The translations under genes were made by a program, and so were the position numbers. This document shows, one piece after another, positions 1 to 13,784 of a stretch of DNA of 64,000 bases. The notes under the pieces were generated by a model. That model saw only the letters and a list, made by a program, of their open reading frames with translations, was not told where the DNA came from and made no database searches. Each line of letters starts with the position of its first letter. The first letter of the stretch is position 1. Source of the DNA: Eledone cirrhosa (lineage: Eukaryota); contig OZ024746.1 in assembly GCA_964016885.1 (NCBI GenBank), positions 76,260,001-76,324,000 on the forward strand. The letters run 5' to 3'.

Positions 1-261
1 TTAACTTTATAATGATAAAGTTAATTATATTATTAACAGGATTATTAATTATATTATCAAATTCTTCTAAATTTTTGATTACTTTCAAAATTATTTCAAA
101 ATCATAGGCAGTGTATTTTATTAGTTTGTGACCCTTTGGTGTACATCAGCTGTGGGAACAAGGTAGCAAGGTAAAAGTATTTCATTAAAAATATGGTAAT
201 GAAAAGGTCAAATAATTGTCTTATATTTCTGGATTTTCCTCTTCTTCCTTTTTCCTTTTAG

Positions 262-426
262 GTGATGATAGTAACATGCAAGAATATTCTTGAGAATTAC
301 GTAGGAGAAGCTCCAATAGATGCACGAGAGTTCATACGTCAAATAAAACAATCCGGGTATATCCATGTTGCTGACAGAACAGATATACGACAAATGGGCA
401 TTGATTTTCTAAATCCAGACAAAATG
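262..426 (+). CDS. Gene A (uncharacterised, paralogue of gene B), internal exon
   Basis: Polypyrimidine tract + AG at 260-261, donor GTAATT at 427, 55 codons, phase 0/0. VMIVTCKNIL...NPDKM starts with VMI like gene B exon 4. Upstream exons lie outside the window. Confidence 0.8.
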
Positions 427-1200
427 GTAATTTCATTTCATGTTACACTGATCACTGATGCCTTAACTTCTGATGGGGTTGTAGGGGTGCCAATCATGAC
501 ATTTTAAACCTGGCAGTGCTCATGCCTCTCTGGATGTGAACACAGTTGATTTTTTCAAGCAGCAAAGAGAGAGAGTGTGAGAAAAAGGACAGGGTGAGAG
601 AAGGGGTGAGAGAGGGAGAAAGAGAGAGGTTAGGGAGAGAGGGAAGAGGGAGATAAGGAGAGGGAGAGGGATAGAGGGAAATAATCAACCCCTGTAATGA
701 ACTGGTGTGTAATCAACCTCAAAGGGATGAAAGGCAAAGTTGATCATAACATGATTTAAACTTGCAGTGCAGCAGGCTAGAATGAAAACCACAAAATATG
801 CTATATAATGCCTTAACAGCTCTGCTCATTCACTAATTCACCAACTATATCATGTAAATAGTTGAAAAAATTTATGAAATATGTATTCTTCTGTCATATT
901 TTCTTTTTATTCTTTTGTTCTTTTACTGGTTTCAGTCATTAGACTGCAGCCATCAGTCTATCAATCTCTTTTTGTCTTTTCACTTAAATTGATACAAAAT
1001 GACATATAAGAAAAATCAATGGAAATAAATCTATTCAACATGCCACAACCACAGATGAAACTAAGGGTCAGCCAGTCTCATAGTCCTGACCATGCTTATG
1101 ATAATTTATGGTATTGGGTGACATTTGTATAAAAAATATGCTGTGTGGGTTATTGTTATTGTAATTGAAGTTGTTAAGGTTGTTAGTCATATGTTTTTAG

Positions 1201-1392
1201 GCAGAAAAACTACAATCTGGATATCAGAAGGATTTACTGAAAGAGGAAATTATAACACAAGATTTTGAACTGGAATTGCAAGATTTTGCCAACATAGTTG
1301 CTGCTGCTGATGCTGGTGAACTTTTAACAAACAGAACTATCTTTGATATTAGTTTGTTAGTCTTTCCAGAGAACTATGGAGATAATTTAAAG
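1201..1392 (+). CDS. Gene A, penultimate exon
   Basis: tttttag acceptor, GTATGT donor, 64 open codons AEKLQSGYQK...QDFANIVAAADAG...RTIFDISLLVFPENYGDNLK. Aligns with gene B exon 5 (EDFVNIVSASGA...RSVVDLGVVRYPDLEHPFLK). Confidence 0.85.
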
Positions 1393-2160
1393 GTATGTGT
1401 TTATATTTCAAAATTTTATGGAATAGTTGAAATGATATTGAATTAATCTCTGCATATAAAAAGCCAAGTCTTGTACCTCTTTTCTAATTTGTTGGTTTCA
1501 AACACTTTCTCTTGTGTCATAGGAATGGCAACGGAGTAAGCATTAGTTTCATGGAGAAACATAGAAGAATGAGAAATACAATATCATGAAGAGAGGTGCT
1601 TTGGATGGCTATGTAGATAGATGGGAAATTCTACTGATGATTGAGTGTTTCATCTTATGGTTTTGCCATTCATTTTTCATTCATGAAATAGCGCTATATA
1701 GAATTATGAAATCTTAGAATTTTACCTTTCTTAAGTGAGTTTTTTACTTGATATCAGATTTGAAAATAATCGAAATTTTAACATCTACATAAGTTCTTTA
1801 GCTTGCTATTAGATTTTTCTTTGGCAATGTAGCTATGTATATATGTGTGTGTGAGTGTGTGTATGTATGGATATGGATGTTAAGAATCGATCTTATAACA
1901 TCTTTTCTCTCTGATCTTCTTATACCATTGCACCTGTATAATTTGTACAAACACGTATAATGTGGATACATTTGTCTCGACAAAACCTTACCCTTGCATT
2001 TTTATGTTGCTGTTCCTAATGAAAATTTAAAAAATTTATATTGGTAAGTTGACTTTAGGTTTTAATAGTGACTATCTGTAACACTTCTATTTATCTATAC
2101 TTTTGTCAGACAATATGATTAATTACTTAGTCAATATTTTGATACACACACATGCATACA

Positions 2161-2193
<33 letters not shown>

Positions 2194-2212
2194 TTGTTTA
2201 TTGTTTTTTCAG

Positions 2213-2392
2213 GTACACTACCTGGACTTTAAAATTGGAGGATATGATAGGAGCCAAAAATTCATCAATGGAACATTCTACAGCATTCAGTTTGAACCGA
2301 ATGAAGTTGCAATTACTGCAGAGAAACCAGAACTATTCCAAGAGCCTGTCTTATCTATGTTGAATCATATGCCTCTCAAGAAAAGAGAATAA
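2213..2392 (+). CDS. Gene A, terminal coding exon
   Basis: ttttttcag acceptor, VHYLDFKIGG...GTFYSIQFEPN...KKRE*, AATAAA at 2393 and 2515. G-x5-(Q/R/K)F-x-P pattern shared with gene B terminal exons. Confidence 0.8.
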   Translation, partial: VHYLDFKIGGYDRSQKFINGTFYSIQFEPNEVAITAEKPELFQEPVLSMLNHMPLKKRE

Positions 2393-4449
2393 AATAAACT
2401 TGTAAATTGGATATAAAGACTTACATATCTGAAGACTTATCAATTACAGAGTTGTGCTCAATTGTGATCGATTATATCTTGAGCAGATTGATAATGAAAC
2501 ACATGTGATGTGTGAATAAAATATGTATTTGATGCAATCCTGATACTTTGTTCCAGTCTGCTTATACACACGCACTTTTTCTCAAAATTTTTTTTCTGTT
2601 CTTTCTTACTCTATCTTTTTATTTCATTTTATATTTCTCATTCTATCTTCTGATGAAGAACTAGTGTCTAAGAAGTAAAGTGTATTTTACTACTATATCA
2701 AGTGTTAAACTAATATATCTTTTTTATTATACAGTGTTGTTTCCATTTACTTTTTTTCATAGATATTTGAATTAAAAAAGTGTGTGTGTGGGGGGGGGGG
2801 GTGCACACAAGACAAAGACAACGGAAAAATGAACAGTCTGTTCTCTTCAGACAACTTCTGGAAATCATTATAGTTTCAGTACATTAAAGTTGATACTATT
2901 TATTCCAATGCACATGGGTCACAAAAAAACAAATTGTACCTTTCGGTGAATTACACAAACAAAGATGAAAAAATAAAGACAAAATGTTTCGAATCAATGT
3001 GCTTCAACTGAAAAGGAAACAATAGTAATGCAGTGTGCGGTAGCTTAGCCAAAAAGAGAAAAAAATAGAAAAAGGAAAATAGAAAAACATATTTAATGGG
3101 GGAAAAGGGGGTAATCCCCCTACCCCCACCCCTACCAGCGATGGCCATAGCAATTTATTTGTGCCCTCTGTTGGGATTTTTAATTTTATCTCTTTGACAA
3201 TGAAAACTATATTTTTAACAAAATCATGTCCTTACTGTGGAAAAATTCATCAAATATTCTCAACTTTAGAGACATCAGGTTATTATCAGAAGAATATTCT
3301 GATAAAAAGTGGTTGTGCTGGTATCACAAAAACAATGCAATGCACCCAATAAACACTCTATAGTGGTTATATTAGGAAGGACATCCAGCCATAGAAACCT
3401 GAAGTGCCCTGAATGCCCCAAGGTCTAAATCCATCCCTGTATAAAGACAGGGAGAAATTACAGGAAGACAGAGGAAAGGAAGGATGAGAGGAAGATAGAT
3501 ATTGGGCGATGTAAAGTCTATTTTTAGATAGGAGTTAATAGAACCCACCTGGCTAAGACAATATCAAATAGGAATAAAAAAAAAAGGGGGGGTCACATAA
3601 GACAAAGATAATGGGAAAAACAAAGGAAAAATGAACAGTCCCTTCTCCTCAATCAAGCTGATCACAATATAAGTGACAGGATACTGTGCTGGAAAAGACT
3701 TGCCCAACTCATGCAAGCTTAGAAAAATGGGTAAAAAACAGTAATAATTATGGTGATGAGGTTTTTATATATATATATATACATACATATATACTGCAGA
3801 GGACTTGCCTTCCCACACAAGCTAGATGTAAAGGGAAGATGGCCCCCACCTACCAGTATACTCCTGATTTCACAAACAGGCAGTTTCATTGACTGAATTG
3901 ACTGGCGCACTTGTCAGAACGAAGGAAGCCCCAAAACAACAAATATAAATATACAGAGACACAATTTCTCTGAGATTAAGGGAAATAAATCATTAGATAA
4001 GAATCTGGGTTATCTCCATTTTTACAAGTTGCTGATATCCTTTCTCACCAGAATACTCAAGAATATATCAAACATGTTTTTAAAATTTACAGTTTCTTGC
4101 AGAAAGCAGCAAGTCCTTTTATAGCCTGAAGAGTGAATTATGTATTGTAACCCTCAAAATTGGTATAATATTGTATACCCAAAACTACAGACCCAATAAA
4201 TGCATACTAACAGTCAGGACTAATGCCTGGGTTCTTAGTTCCTTAGGTGAGCCCTAAAATATGCCTCCCCCTTCTCGTTATAATAAAATAATTTTAACTT
4301 ACAGTTTGGCAAGCTGACAAAACTAGATTTTCATACTTCTTGCTTCAACCATACGTAAAAAAATTACTAAAGCTGATATGTGACAAAGATGTTTAGTGAT
4401 TTGTAATGCACTGGGTAATTGCTGGCCTTGTGCCTAAAGTAGAAACAAT

Positions 4450-5550
4450 TATTATGGAGGTTTTAAAGGATGCAGTGTCTCGACAGCTAATAACTGATGC
4501 AGGTAGTTTGTTCCATGCTTCAGCAACTCTGAGCGTGAAAAAATGTTTCCGAAAGTCATGGGAGCTGTGCTGTTTTCTGACTTTGTAGGCATCCCCACAT
4601 GTGTTAGACACATGGAAATCAAAAAGGTACTCAGGGTTGTTGGCAAGATGATTAATAATTTTGTGGGTGTTTACCAAGTCAGTTGCCAGACGTTGGAGCT
4701 TCAATGTATCCATGCCCAGGGAAGCAAGGCGTTCAGAGTATGGTAGATGCCTGATGGAGGGTATTCGCTTGGTTGCATGTCTCTGAACAGTTTCCAGGCG
4801 GTCAATGTTCTGAGCAAGATAGGGGTTCCAGACTGGTGATGCAAATTCTAAGTGTGGCCGCACCATAGCTATATACAGCTTTAAATAGATAGCTGGAGAG
4901 CGGCTGACAAAGATCTTACTGAGTGATGCTAAGACACCCTCGGCCTTCTTGACAATTTTAGAGACGTGCTTCATCCAACACAAATCGCTGCTGACCGTAA
5001 TGCCCAGGTCACATTCACAAGAAGACTTCTTGATATTAATGTTGTGGAGGGAGCATGCGGCCGCTGGGTTTTTACTCCCTAAATGCATGGTGGTACACTT
5101 GTCCACAGCCAGCTTGAGTTGCCAGTCCGTGATCCATTGTTGCATTGTGTCCAGGTCAGACTGCAAGCAAGATCTATAGTGTTCAGGATCTGTCCTTTTT
5201 ATCTCAAGGTACAGTTTTATGTCATCTGCATATTTCAGTACTGTGGCATTCTTTAAGTTGGCATCTATGTCATTAATATATGCCACAAATAAAAGGGGGC
5301 CAAGAACAGATCCCTGTGGTACACCAGATGACATCTCATAAGGTGAGAAATGCTGTCCTAATACCGTGACTACCTCTCTTTGACTGAGAATGAAGGACTT
5401 CAACCAGTTAAAAAGATCATCTTTCACACCCATTGCAGAGAGTTTTGCCATAAGTCTTTTGGGTGGCACAGAATTGAAATCTTAAGCAAAGTCAAGGTAA
5501 ACAACATCCACCCATGAGCTGCCATATAATTTCGTGGAACCCCAGAATTT
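4450..5550 (-). mobile_element. CR1/L2-group LINE, 5'-truncated reverse transcriptase fragment
   Basis: SGVPQGSVLGPLLF, YADD, VRPHLEFASPVWNP and RKHFFTLRVAEAWNKLP motifs in ORF 4393-5469. The last ~20 codons of that ORF read into a SINE tail. Confidence 0.9.
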
Positions 5551-6259
5551 TTCCACAGATTTCTGAGGTACATCGGAATACAATCTGAGAAAAAAAGTAA
5601 TCTAGACAAAAGTGATCTATTTGTGCTAGTGAATATAACATGGCTGAATAGTTAACAAACTTGCTTTGCAATCATTAGACCTCCAAGTTTGATCTCACTG
5701 TGTGGCATTTTGGGTAAGTGCCATTTACCATAGGCTTGGATTGACTGAAGCTTTCTGAGTGAAATTCTCGCAGAGAATTACGATAAAGGTACACGTGTCT
5801 GCTCAACCCATTAATCTCACAAGCAGACTGTTCTATTCATTGGACAACTGGAACCCTTATCTAAACCAATAGAGGCCTATTCACTCGAGAAATCCTCTTT
5901 AAGATCGACAAGATCCCAGACCACATTCGCTTAACAAGTGGGGTGAGACTCGTCAGATCAGACGAAAAAACAGTATTTCCATTGGTCTTTCCCTTGCCCA
6001 TACTATCTACTGGTTGCAATTCCTGGCAGAGAAAGCAACGTGAAATGAAGTGTTTTGCTCAAGAACCCACAACGCTATGATCGTAAGTCCAACGCACTTA
6101 TCATTAGGCCACGCGCCTTTTACAATGTATAGAGACTTAGAAATATTTAAAGTGTAGGACAGGAAATCTTAAATAATCCAAATAATAATAATAGTGGTGG
6201 TTTCTTTAATAATAGGTGCGTTCAGACAAATTGTCAAGATTCTCCTCCAAAGCGCAATG

Positions 6260-6345
6260 CTTTTGAAGGTAGATAACTTTTTGCTTTCCAGGGTAGATAA
6301 CCTTTTATTTTCTAGGGTAGCTAACTTTTTATTTCTCAAGGTAGG
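6260..6345. repeat. Short tandem repeat, ~24 nt unit x3-4
   Basis: ggtagataac(t/c)ttt...tttc..g repeated. Confidence 0.6.
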
Positions 6346-8057
6346 AACAGAGCTAAATTTAGATTACTTCCCTTGCAATTATTAGTTTTGATTATAACTT
6401 CATATATAACTCTGAATTAACAGAATCATTGGAGTACCGGACAAAATGTTTTACAGCGTTTAGTTACGGCTCTTTACATTCTACTTTCAAATCCTGCCAA
6501 GATCAACTTTGCTTTCTATTTTGCTAAAGCTGATAAAATAAAGTACCAGTCAATTGCTAGGTCGATTTAATTGACTCCCCCTCCCACAAACTGTTGGCCC
6601 TGTGGCTAAATTAGAAACTATTACAACATCACATTAAGCATTTAAAGTCAAAAACAGTTTGTCAAATTATATTTCCTTTTCCCCTTCTTTAGAACGTAAG
6701 CAGTTTTCCCAATCTTTTCTCTTTCTCGGTAATGGAATGCTACCATATTATGTTAAGTTTGTAAAGAAATGTCTTTCTTTAATATGCTTAACTAACCATT
6801 TAAATTCAAGGTAAAAGTGTAAACTTTTGTTTTGTTCTTTCTTTTCTTACTTTAGTTTTCACTCTTGTATTTCTAATTTGCTTAGTACTAGCCTTTCCAA
6901 AACGATCATAACTATAAATGAAAATCATATGGCTCTGCTTACCGAATGTGAGATATATCCCTTAAAATGTCTTTTCTCTACCTATAGTATAATATCTATA
7001 GTAAAGATAACTTTAGAAGAATTTTAATCCACCTTGTATCAGCAAATTCTTTGCCAGAATAAGAGCAGCAAATATATGCAAAGAATAATTTCAAACAAAG
7101 CTAAGATGGTTTTCAGAATGAAAGAAACTTATTAACTCAACCTTCCCTTTTCATCAATAATACCTGGGAAAATGGTTTGAATATTGACGTTGGGAGTTTA
7201 GTCCGTTTGCATTAGTGTATATATGTGTATATAAGAGAGAATGAGTCTAAAAGCTGTTTCCTGTAAATTGACTATGTTGTATCACGTTTGAATATCTTTT
7301 GATAAGGTGTGTTTGAGTGGAGTCTTCCTGTCTTAAGTAACAAATTTAAAATGTAAACAGTGTTGAACAAGCTTGAATTGTCGGTCGGTTAGTCTTATCT
7401 CATCAAAGGTTTTATAAACATTTTTACCGCTACCACTTTAGATGAATTGGCAGAACATTAGCATGTTAGATAGAGTGTTTTGCACTATACATTCCAGCTC
7501 TCTGCTCTCTCAGTTAAAAATCCCACCAAAGACAACTTTGCTTTTCATCCATCATCAAGATCAATAAAAAAAAAAAGTACCAGTCTAGTATTGGGATAGA
7601 TTCTTTTTCTATATCACTTTCTCACTTCCATTCTCTCAATCTCTATCCTTCTCTGGAAGAAATCTGCTGTACTAAGGCCTGGAGAGAAGACGGACTCCGC
7701 CATGTTTAAAAATGCCCTAAGAAACACTGTATGTCAATATGGCGCCCCTATGATTCCCTTGGAGTCACAGGTCCATACCATATTTAGACAAGTGTGAGAA
7801 ATTAGACAAGATAGACAATATCCCACAACTTTTTTAAAATGTGAACACAGCATGGCTATATGATTAAGGAGTTCACTTTTCAAACATTAGGCCCTGGATT
7901 CAATCCACTGTGTGGTTTCATGGGTAAGTGTATTTTGCCATAGTTTTGAGTCAACCCATGCCTTGTAAATGAAACAGCTTGGAAGCCTATCGGCTGGACT
8001 GCACCCATGATTCAAAGAGACAGTTTTGTCATACACTGTGTCAAGCTGAGTCTTCTT

Positions 8058-8408
8058 TACATTGAGAGTACACATTACACATTGACAATTACATTGAGAG
8101 TACACATTACACATTGACAATTACATTGAGAGTACACATTACACATTGACAATTACATTGAGAGTACACATTACACATTACACATTGACAATTACATTGA
8201 GAGTACACATTACACATTGACAATTACATTGAGAGTACACATTACACATTGACAATTACATTGAGAGTACACATTACACATTGACAATTACATTGAGAGT
8301 ACACATTACACATTGACAATTACATTGAGAGTACACATTACACATTGACAATTACATTGAGAGTACACATTACACATTACACATTGACAATTACATTGAG
8401 AGTACACA
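8058..8408. repeat. 32-nt minisatellite (acattgagagtacacattacacattgacaatt) x~10
   Basis: Near-perfect tandem units; two units carry an extra 7 nt. Confidence 0.95.
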
Positions 8409-8684
8409 TGTCTGTTGAATCCACTTGCATATTAATTTCACAATGTGTGACATAACTGGCTGATCCTTTGAATACAGGTACAACTCATTTTTTCCAGCTG
8501 AGTAGAAAATGTCTTTCTCAAGGACAACACACCACCAGAAATCTAACTCAAATCTGTGAGCTGAACTCTCAACCTGCTAAACCACGTCACTTTATGCTGC
8601 ATTTAATGGAATGAATTTGCTACAAAAGAAATTCATTCATTCCAAATGATGTATTCCTAAAAAAATCTTATAATATTAGGTATA

Positions 8685-8845
8685 TTAAAATATGTTATAA
8701 TATTGTATATGTTATAATATTGAATATCTTATAATATTGGATATCTTATAAATATTGAATATCTTATAATATTGAACATCTTATGATATTGAATGTTATA
8801 ATATTGAATATGTTATAATATTGAATATCTTATGATATTGAATAA
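8685..8845. repeat. ~17-nt AT-rich tandem repeat (tattgaatat(c/g)ttataa)
   Basis: About 9 degenerate units visible. Confidence 0.8.
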
Positions 8846-8994
8846 TTTAAGAAACTTGAGATACAGTACGGATAAAAACTGTCAATTGAAATCCTTTAAC
8901 TCAGTATCATTACTTCTCAAATAGCATTGGTATAATATAGGTCTAATAGCATTGACATAATAATGATGATGATGATAATAATAATAATTATTAT

Positions 8995-9410
8995 TAGTTC
9001 TACTTTTAGCACAAGTCAAGCAATTTGAAGTGATTGAGAAAGTCAATTAAGTTGACCACCAAAACTTTACTGGTATTTAATTTTATCGACAGCATAAGGA
9101 TGAAAGGCAAAGCTGACCTTGAGGGGATTTGAACTCAGAATGTAAAGGACCGTAACTAAATGCTACAAAGTATTTTGTCTAATGCTCTGTTGATTCTGCA
9201 AATCCACTGCCATTAATAATTGTTTCTACTTTTGGCACAAGGCCAGCAATTATCTCAGTGCATTACTGGTACTTTATTTTATCAACCCCCAGTAAGGATG
9301 AAAGGCAAAGTTAATCTCGGCGGGATTTGAACTTAGATTGTAAAGGGCCGTAACTCTGTGCTGCAAAGCATGGCGCCCGACCCTCTACTAATACTGCCAA
9401 TCCACCAACT
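8995..9410 (-). mobile_element. Two tandem copies of the abundant tRNA-head SINE
   Basis: Minus strand shows an A-box-like TGGCAGTAT and a B-box-like G(A)GTTCAAATCC followed by the family body ...ctttgcctttcatcc...aaagtaccagt...ccttgtgccaaaagtagaaacaattat. Many copies in the window (e.g. ~6425, 20870, 21101, 21980, 32620, 41105, 47265, 57930, 62545). Confidence 0.8.
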
Positions 9411-9599
9411 TGCCCTTAATGATGAAAATGTGGACAATACAATAGACAGGGAGAGTGGGGATTACACATAAAGAAGTGTGTAAAAAGAAAAGAAAACAGA
9501 TAACAAAGTAACTAGGAAAAATGTGTAACAAAAGAATTTTTCAATAGGGGGCAGCACTACCCAGGTGTAATTTTGGGACCCCACAGATCCAAAACAACC

Positions 9600-10340
9600 C
9601 TGATTGCCAGGAGTATCACAGAAAAGTAGTCCTAATCTCTCTGCACTTTCCAGCCTACAGGCGCATGACCAAAGTAGGCCCATTCATTCAGACCATCTTT
9701 ACTACATTCACCCACCTTTTAACAAATGTACTGAGGGGTAGCTCAGACACTGGATGAGTGCATGCAGAATGGTTTGGTCACTCTATGTGCACCTCAGACA
9801 GGTTTGTCTTACAATCTCTCTATACCTGTAGAGTTTGTCTTGAATCTGCAGTGCCCCTGGTAGAAGTGCCAAACAAGGGACTTCTGGAAATTGTCCATAG
9901 TCCCTTGACCAAAAATTCTTGGAAATACACTGGTTAGTTCATTCTTGTCGACACGTAAAGTATTTCCAAGAAAATCATCACTCATGCACACCAATAATCC
10001 TCTATAGAATGCTAATGTGGAATTTCCACTGACCACATTTCCAAACAGTTAGAGAACTGTGAGCACATGACAACATTCCAGATGCCAGGTGCCAAGTCTC
10101 ATTCTTCACTTGACCCAAGACTGTAGCTCAGTCAAAGAGACAATCTGTGGAAAAATCTGCCTGACAAATAGTGACCACAACTTTTCACTGTTTAGTAATA
10201 TCTGCAATTGTGATAGCCTCACCATATGTTTACGTATCATCAGCTATGTCATACCAAGCCCTCCACACAAAGGGTTAGAGGTGTGTTTTCACTGCTCAAC
10301 TAAAGGGACACTGACTAACAAACATCTGAGGGTCAGAGGT
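9600..10340 (-). mobile_element. Degraded non-LTR retrotransposon remnant (possibly L1/Tx1-like C-terminal region)
   Basis: Higher-GC island with broken reading frames (e.g. FQKSLVWHFYQG). No intact catalytic motif seen. Confidence 0.35.
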
Positions 10341-12893
10341 GTGTTTTCACTGCTCAGCTAAGGTACGTTCCATTTTCATTTCAACTTTGTGCAGCAGATA
10401 TCACTTCAAATTTTTCTGTCTTTATTTCAGCTTTTTTTTTTAACCCTACGGCCAATCTGCCTCTGCATATATGTATATGTTGATATCAAATCATTTCAGT
10501 TGAGACTTGCATAATTCTTTTTTAACACTGAATATAATTCTCTGTTGATATACATCAATAATTATTTATATAAATCTTTATCATAGCACAATTGTCAGCA
10601 AGTCTTTCCAAAACAAGTAAATAATCAATAATACATTAAAAGATTCACTTTGGAATACTGTAAAAAACTAAAACATGTAATACCTTATATAGTTATGTGC
10701 AGGTGTAGTGGTGTAATTAAAGAGTTCACTTTGCAGCGATGTAATTTTAGATTCACTCCCATTGCATGGCACCTTGGGCAAGTGTCTTCTACTACAGCCT
10801 CAGTGAAACTTGGGAGATGTAAACTGCAGAAGTCTGTCATGTACATTATCATCATAATCATCATCAGCATCATCAGCATCATTATCACCTTTTAACATCT
10901 ATTTTTCATGCTTGCCTGGTTTAGACAAGCTGTACCATTATTCAGCCAGATAGGTCAAGTGACCACGTCATAGCCATATGTTCCATTTTTGGCTTGGTTA
11001 TTTACAGCTGGATACCCTTCTTAATGCCAACAACCTTATAAGGTGGAGTCAGTACTTTTTTCGTGGCACCAGTATGACCATTGTCTGTGTTCATGTTTGT
11101 CCTTACGTCTGTGTTTATGTCCTGTAGTCAGACTTAAAAGAAAAAACAAAGTAAGGACTTGATATAAACAATTTTTAAGACGTGCCCCAGTACAGCCACA
11201 GTCTAATGACTGAAACCAGTAAAAGTATTAAAGAATTGAAATATCAACAAACAAAATTCTATTTTAATTTAATGCTATTTTTCTTTTCTTTTCTAAATAA
11301 CCAAGTGACTACTTTACACACCTATAAAGTTTGAAGTGAGGACATAAGTGTACAAGAGTCTCATATGTTAGCCTTCTGTTTCATACCCTAATATTCTGTC
11401 CACCCCATGGTCCTGGCCAACAGGATAGAAAAGACATTACCCCAGAGATGACAAGGGAGACACTCTGGGACAGCCACTCCACCTCACATGGCTCAAACCC
11501 ATGGGCATCTAACCTCGCTATGATAGAAATGAGAAGAGATGTGGTCCAGGGAAACTAATTCTGTATAAGCCAATGAATGCAATATAATATTTTCAGTGTA
11601 AATGAAAAATAAATGCTGAAATAACATTTCAATGAAATTTCATTTTATACCATATTTACAAACCCATAGTGAAGGGCCCAAGCCAGATATAGGCTCCCAT
11701 TTAAAACTGTGCACTATTTAAATCAGCGCTAAATACTCCTGGTTTATGTGTAGATTACATACATGTGTGTGTGAAAGTATATAGTTTAATGGTTAGGTTG
11801 TTTGGCTCACAATTGTAAGGCTGGGAGTTCAATTCTTGGCAGTGCATTGCGTCCTTGAACAAAATATTTATTTCACATTCCACCAGTCTGCTCAGCTGGC
11901 AAGAATGATTTACCCCTGTAATTCAAAGGGCCAGCCTTGACATTCTGAATCTCCCCGAGAATTACATTAAGTGTACACGTGTTTGTGAAATGCTCAGCCA
12001 TTTGCACATTAATTTCATGAGCAAGCTGTTCCAGTGTTCAAACAACAGGAACATTTGTTATCGGAACAAAAAGAAGTCCATCATCTATATATCCTGTGTA
12101 TTCTTTATCCAAAGGCAACAAATTGGCAGAGTTGTGAGGGTGTCAGATTAAATGCCTCTATATTTGTTTCAACCTTCCGAGCTCTGAGTCCAAATTCCAC
12201 AAGGATCAACTTTGCATTTTCTCCTTTCATGGTCAATAAATAAAATAGGAATCCAGAAACAATGGATTAGTGGAATCCATAGGAAAAAAAAATCTGGAAA
12301 GGCAGTGATGTTTCTGCCAGGTGTTATGGCCTGCAGATAGTATACCCTTTCCACCATAGACTGGCCTCTCATTAGAAGTAATCACCTTAAAAACTGATCA
12401 TGTATATTCTCAAATACCAAGTAAAATATGTATGTGATGTTTTGTACTCTTGTAAGTTGAAATAAGAATTAAAAGAATTCTTTTCCCATCTTTATATATA
12501 CCCATATATTCTCTAAAATCTTTCACTATATATATATATATGTTTCCTGTGCAGATATGACATGTATTCTTCTTTCCTATTCATTCTTTAATCAACTTAC
12601 CCTGTCTTTCTTCTTTATCTTCTCTCTGTCATTCAATGTCTATATATCAAGAATTTTTCTCCTGTAGCTTTCTCCTTCCTACTCATATTTTTTCCTTTAC
12701 CCCACCTTTCTTTTTCTTCTTCTTTTTTTTTATTCTCCGCTCCCGTTAAAATATTCTCTGGCCCCTCCCCCCCATTATAATTCTACTATTCTGTATTTTA
12801 CTCCCACACCTTTTTCTTAATTTCTATTATTACTGCTGAAATTTCCTGTCCTTTTTTGAAAAAATAACCATGCTTTTGTTTTTGAAATCATCC

Positions 12894-12940
<47 letters not shown>

Positions 12941-13543
12941 TACAACTATTTGTTCCTGCCTTCAATGCTAAAAGTGACAGAGAACATATAGAGAGTCAAA
13001 TACCCCTAAAATAAAACATAAAAGAAACTGTAACAGAAGAAAAAATACACACAAGCAAAAAAAAAAAATTACATAAAAAAACAAACAAATAAAAAAAAAA
13101 TACAGACAAATAAAGATACTAACAAACTAACAAATAATGTTCAGATCTGATCTAAGTAGTTCAGAATGCTTAATACAGTAAGCAGGTTAAACATAACTGT
13201 TAACTCAACTAAGCAGATGTGTTCACACTCACATTGAGAACTGTACATCTGGCTTGCAAAACTCATGAAGAATGAAAATATTTTCATAGAAAATTTCTTT
13301 CTCAACTTTGGTAGGAATACTTTTCTTCTTTATCAACCAACATGACATAATTCCAATCTATTTGTGCCAACGAAAGTGCCATTGTGCAATTCAAAAGCGT
13401 TGTGTTATGTTTTCACCGATTTTGTATATACCTATCAAAAGCAATTTTATTCAAATAAAAAGATACTGTTGTTGTCGATTGTGATCATTTATATAAATAT
13501 TAATCAACAATGGTCATGTGAAGCTTTCCATCTGCTTTGCTGG

Positions 13544-13552
13544 TTATAAGAA
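13544..13552 (+). promoter_or_regulatory. Candidate TATA box of gene B
   Basis: TTATAAGAA about 85 nt upstream of ATG 13630, followed by a more GC-rich putative 5' UTR. Confidence 0.45.
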
Positions 13553-13629
13553 TACTTTAGCAAGTTTTTTGCCAGCCAGACGAGGTTAGAAAGAAGCAGT
13601 GCAACTCGGAAACCCCGTCCGATTCAAAG

Positions 13630-13690
13630 ATGAAGAATTTAATTCTTGTAACCACCTTGGTTACTCTGTTATGCTTTTCGGCAATATATG
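13630..13690 (+). CDS. Gene B exon 1, signal peptide
   Basis: MKNLILVTTLVTLLCFSAIY (basic N-terminus, hydrophobic core), then a perfect G|GTAAGT donor, phase 1. Confidence 0.8.
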
Positions 13691-13784
13691 GTAAGTTGAT
13701 AAAATTTATACTTGGGACAGTTAAATAATTTGAAGACAGTAACAATAAAAATATCATATGAGATGACATTTCTTGTGTTACAAC

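Noticed and set aside
2650-2680. CTGATGA hammerhead core
   Set aside because: No intact GAAA, stem III or cleavage site downstream.
4393-5469. 358-aa host protein
   Set aside because: Truncated CR1-type reverse transcriptase reading into a SINE tail.
8058-8408. CRISPR-like array
   Set aside because: Pure tandem repeat without spacers, in eukaryotic DNA with no cas genes.
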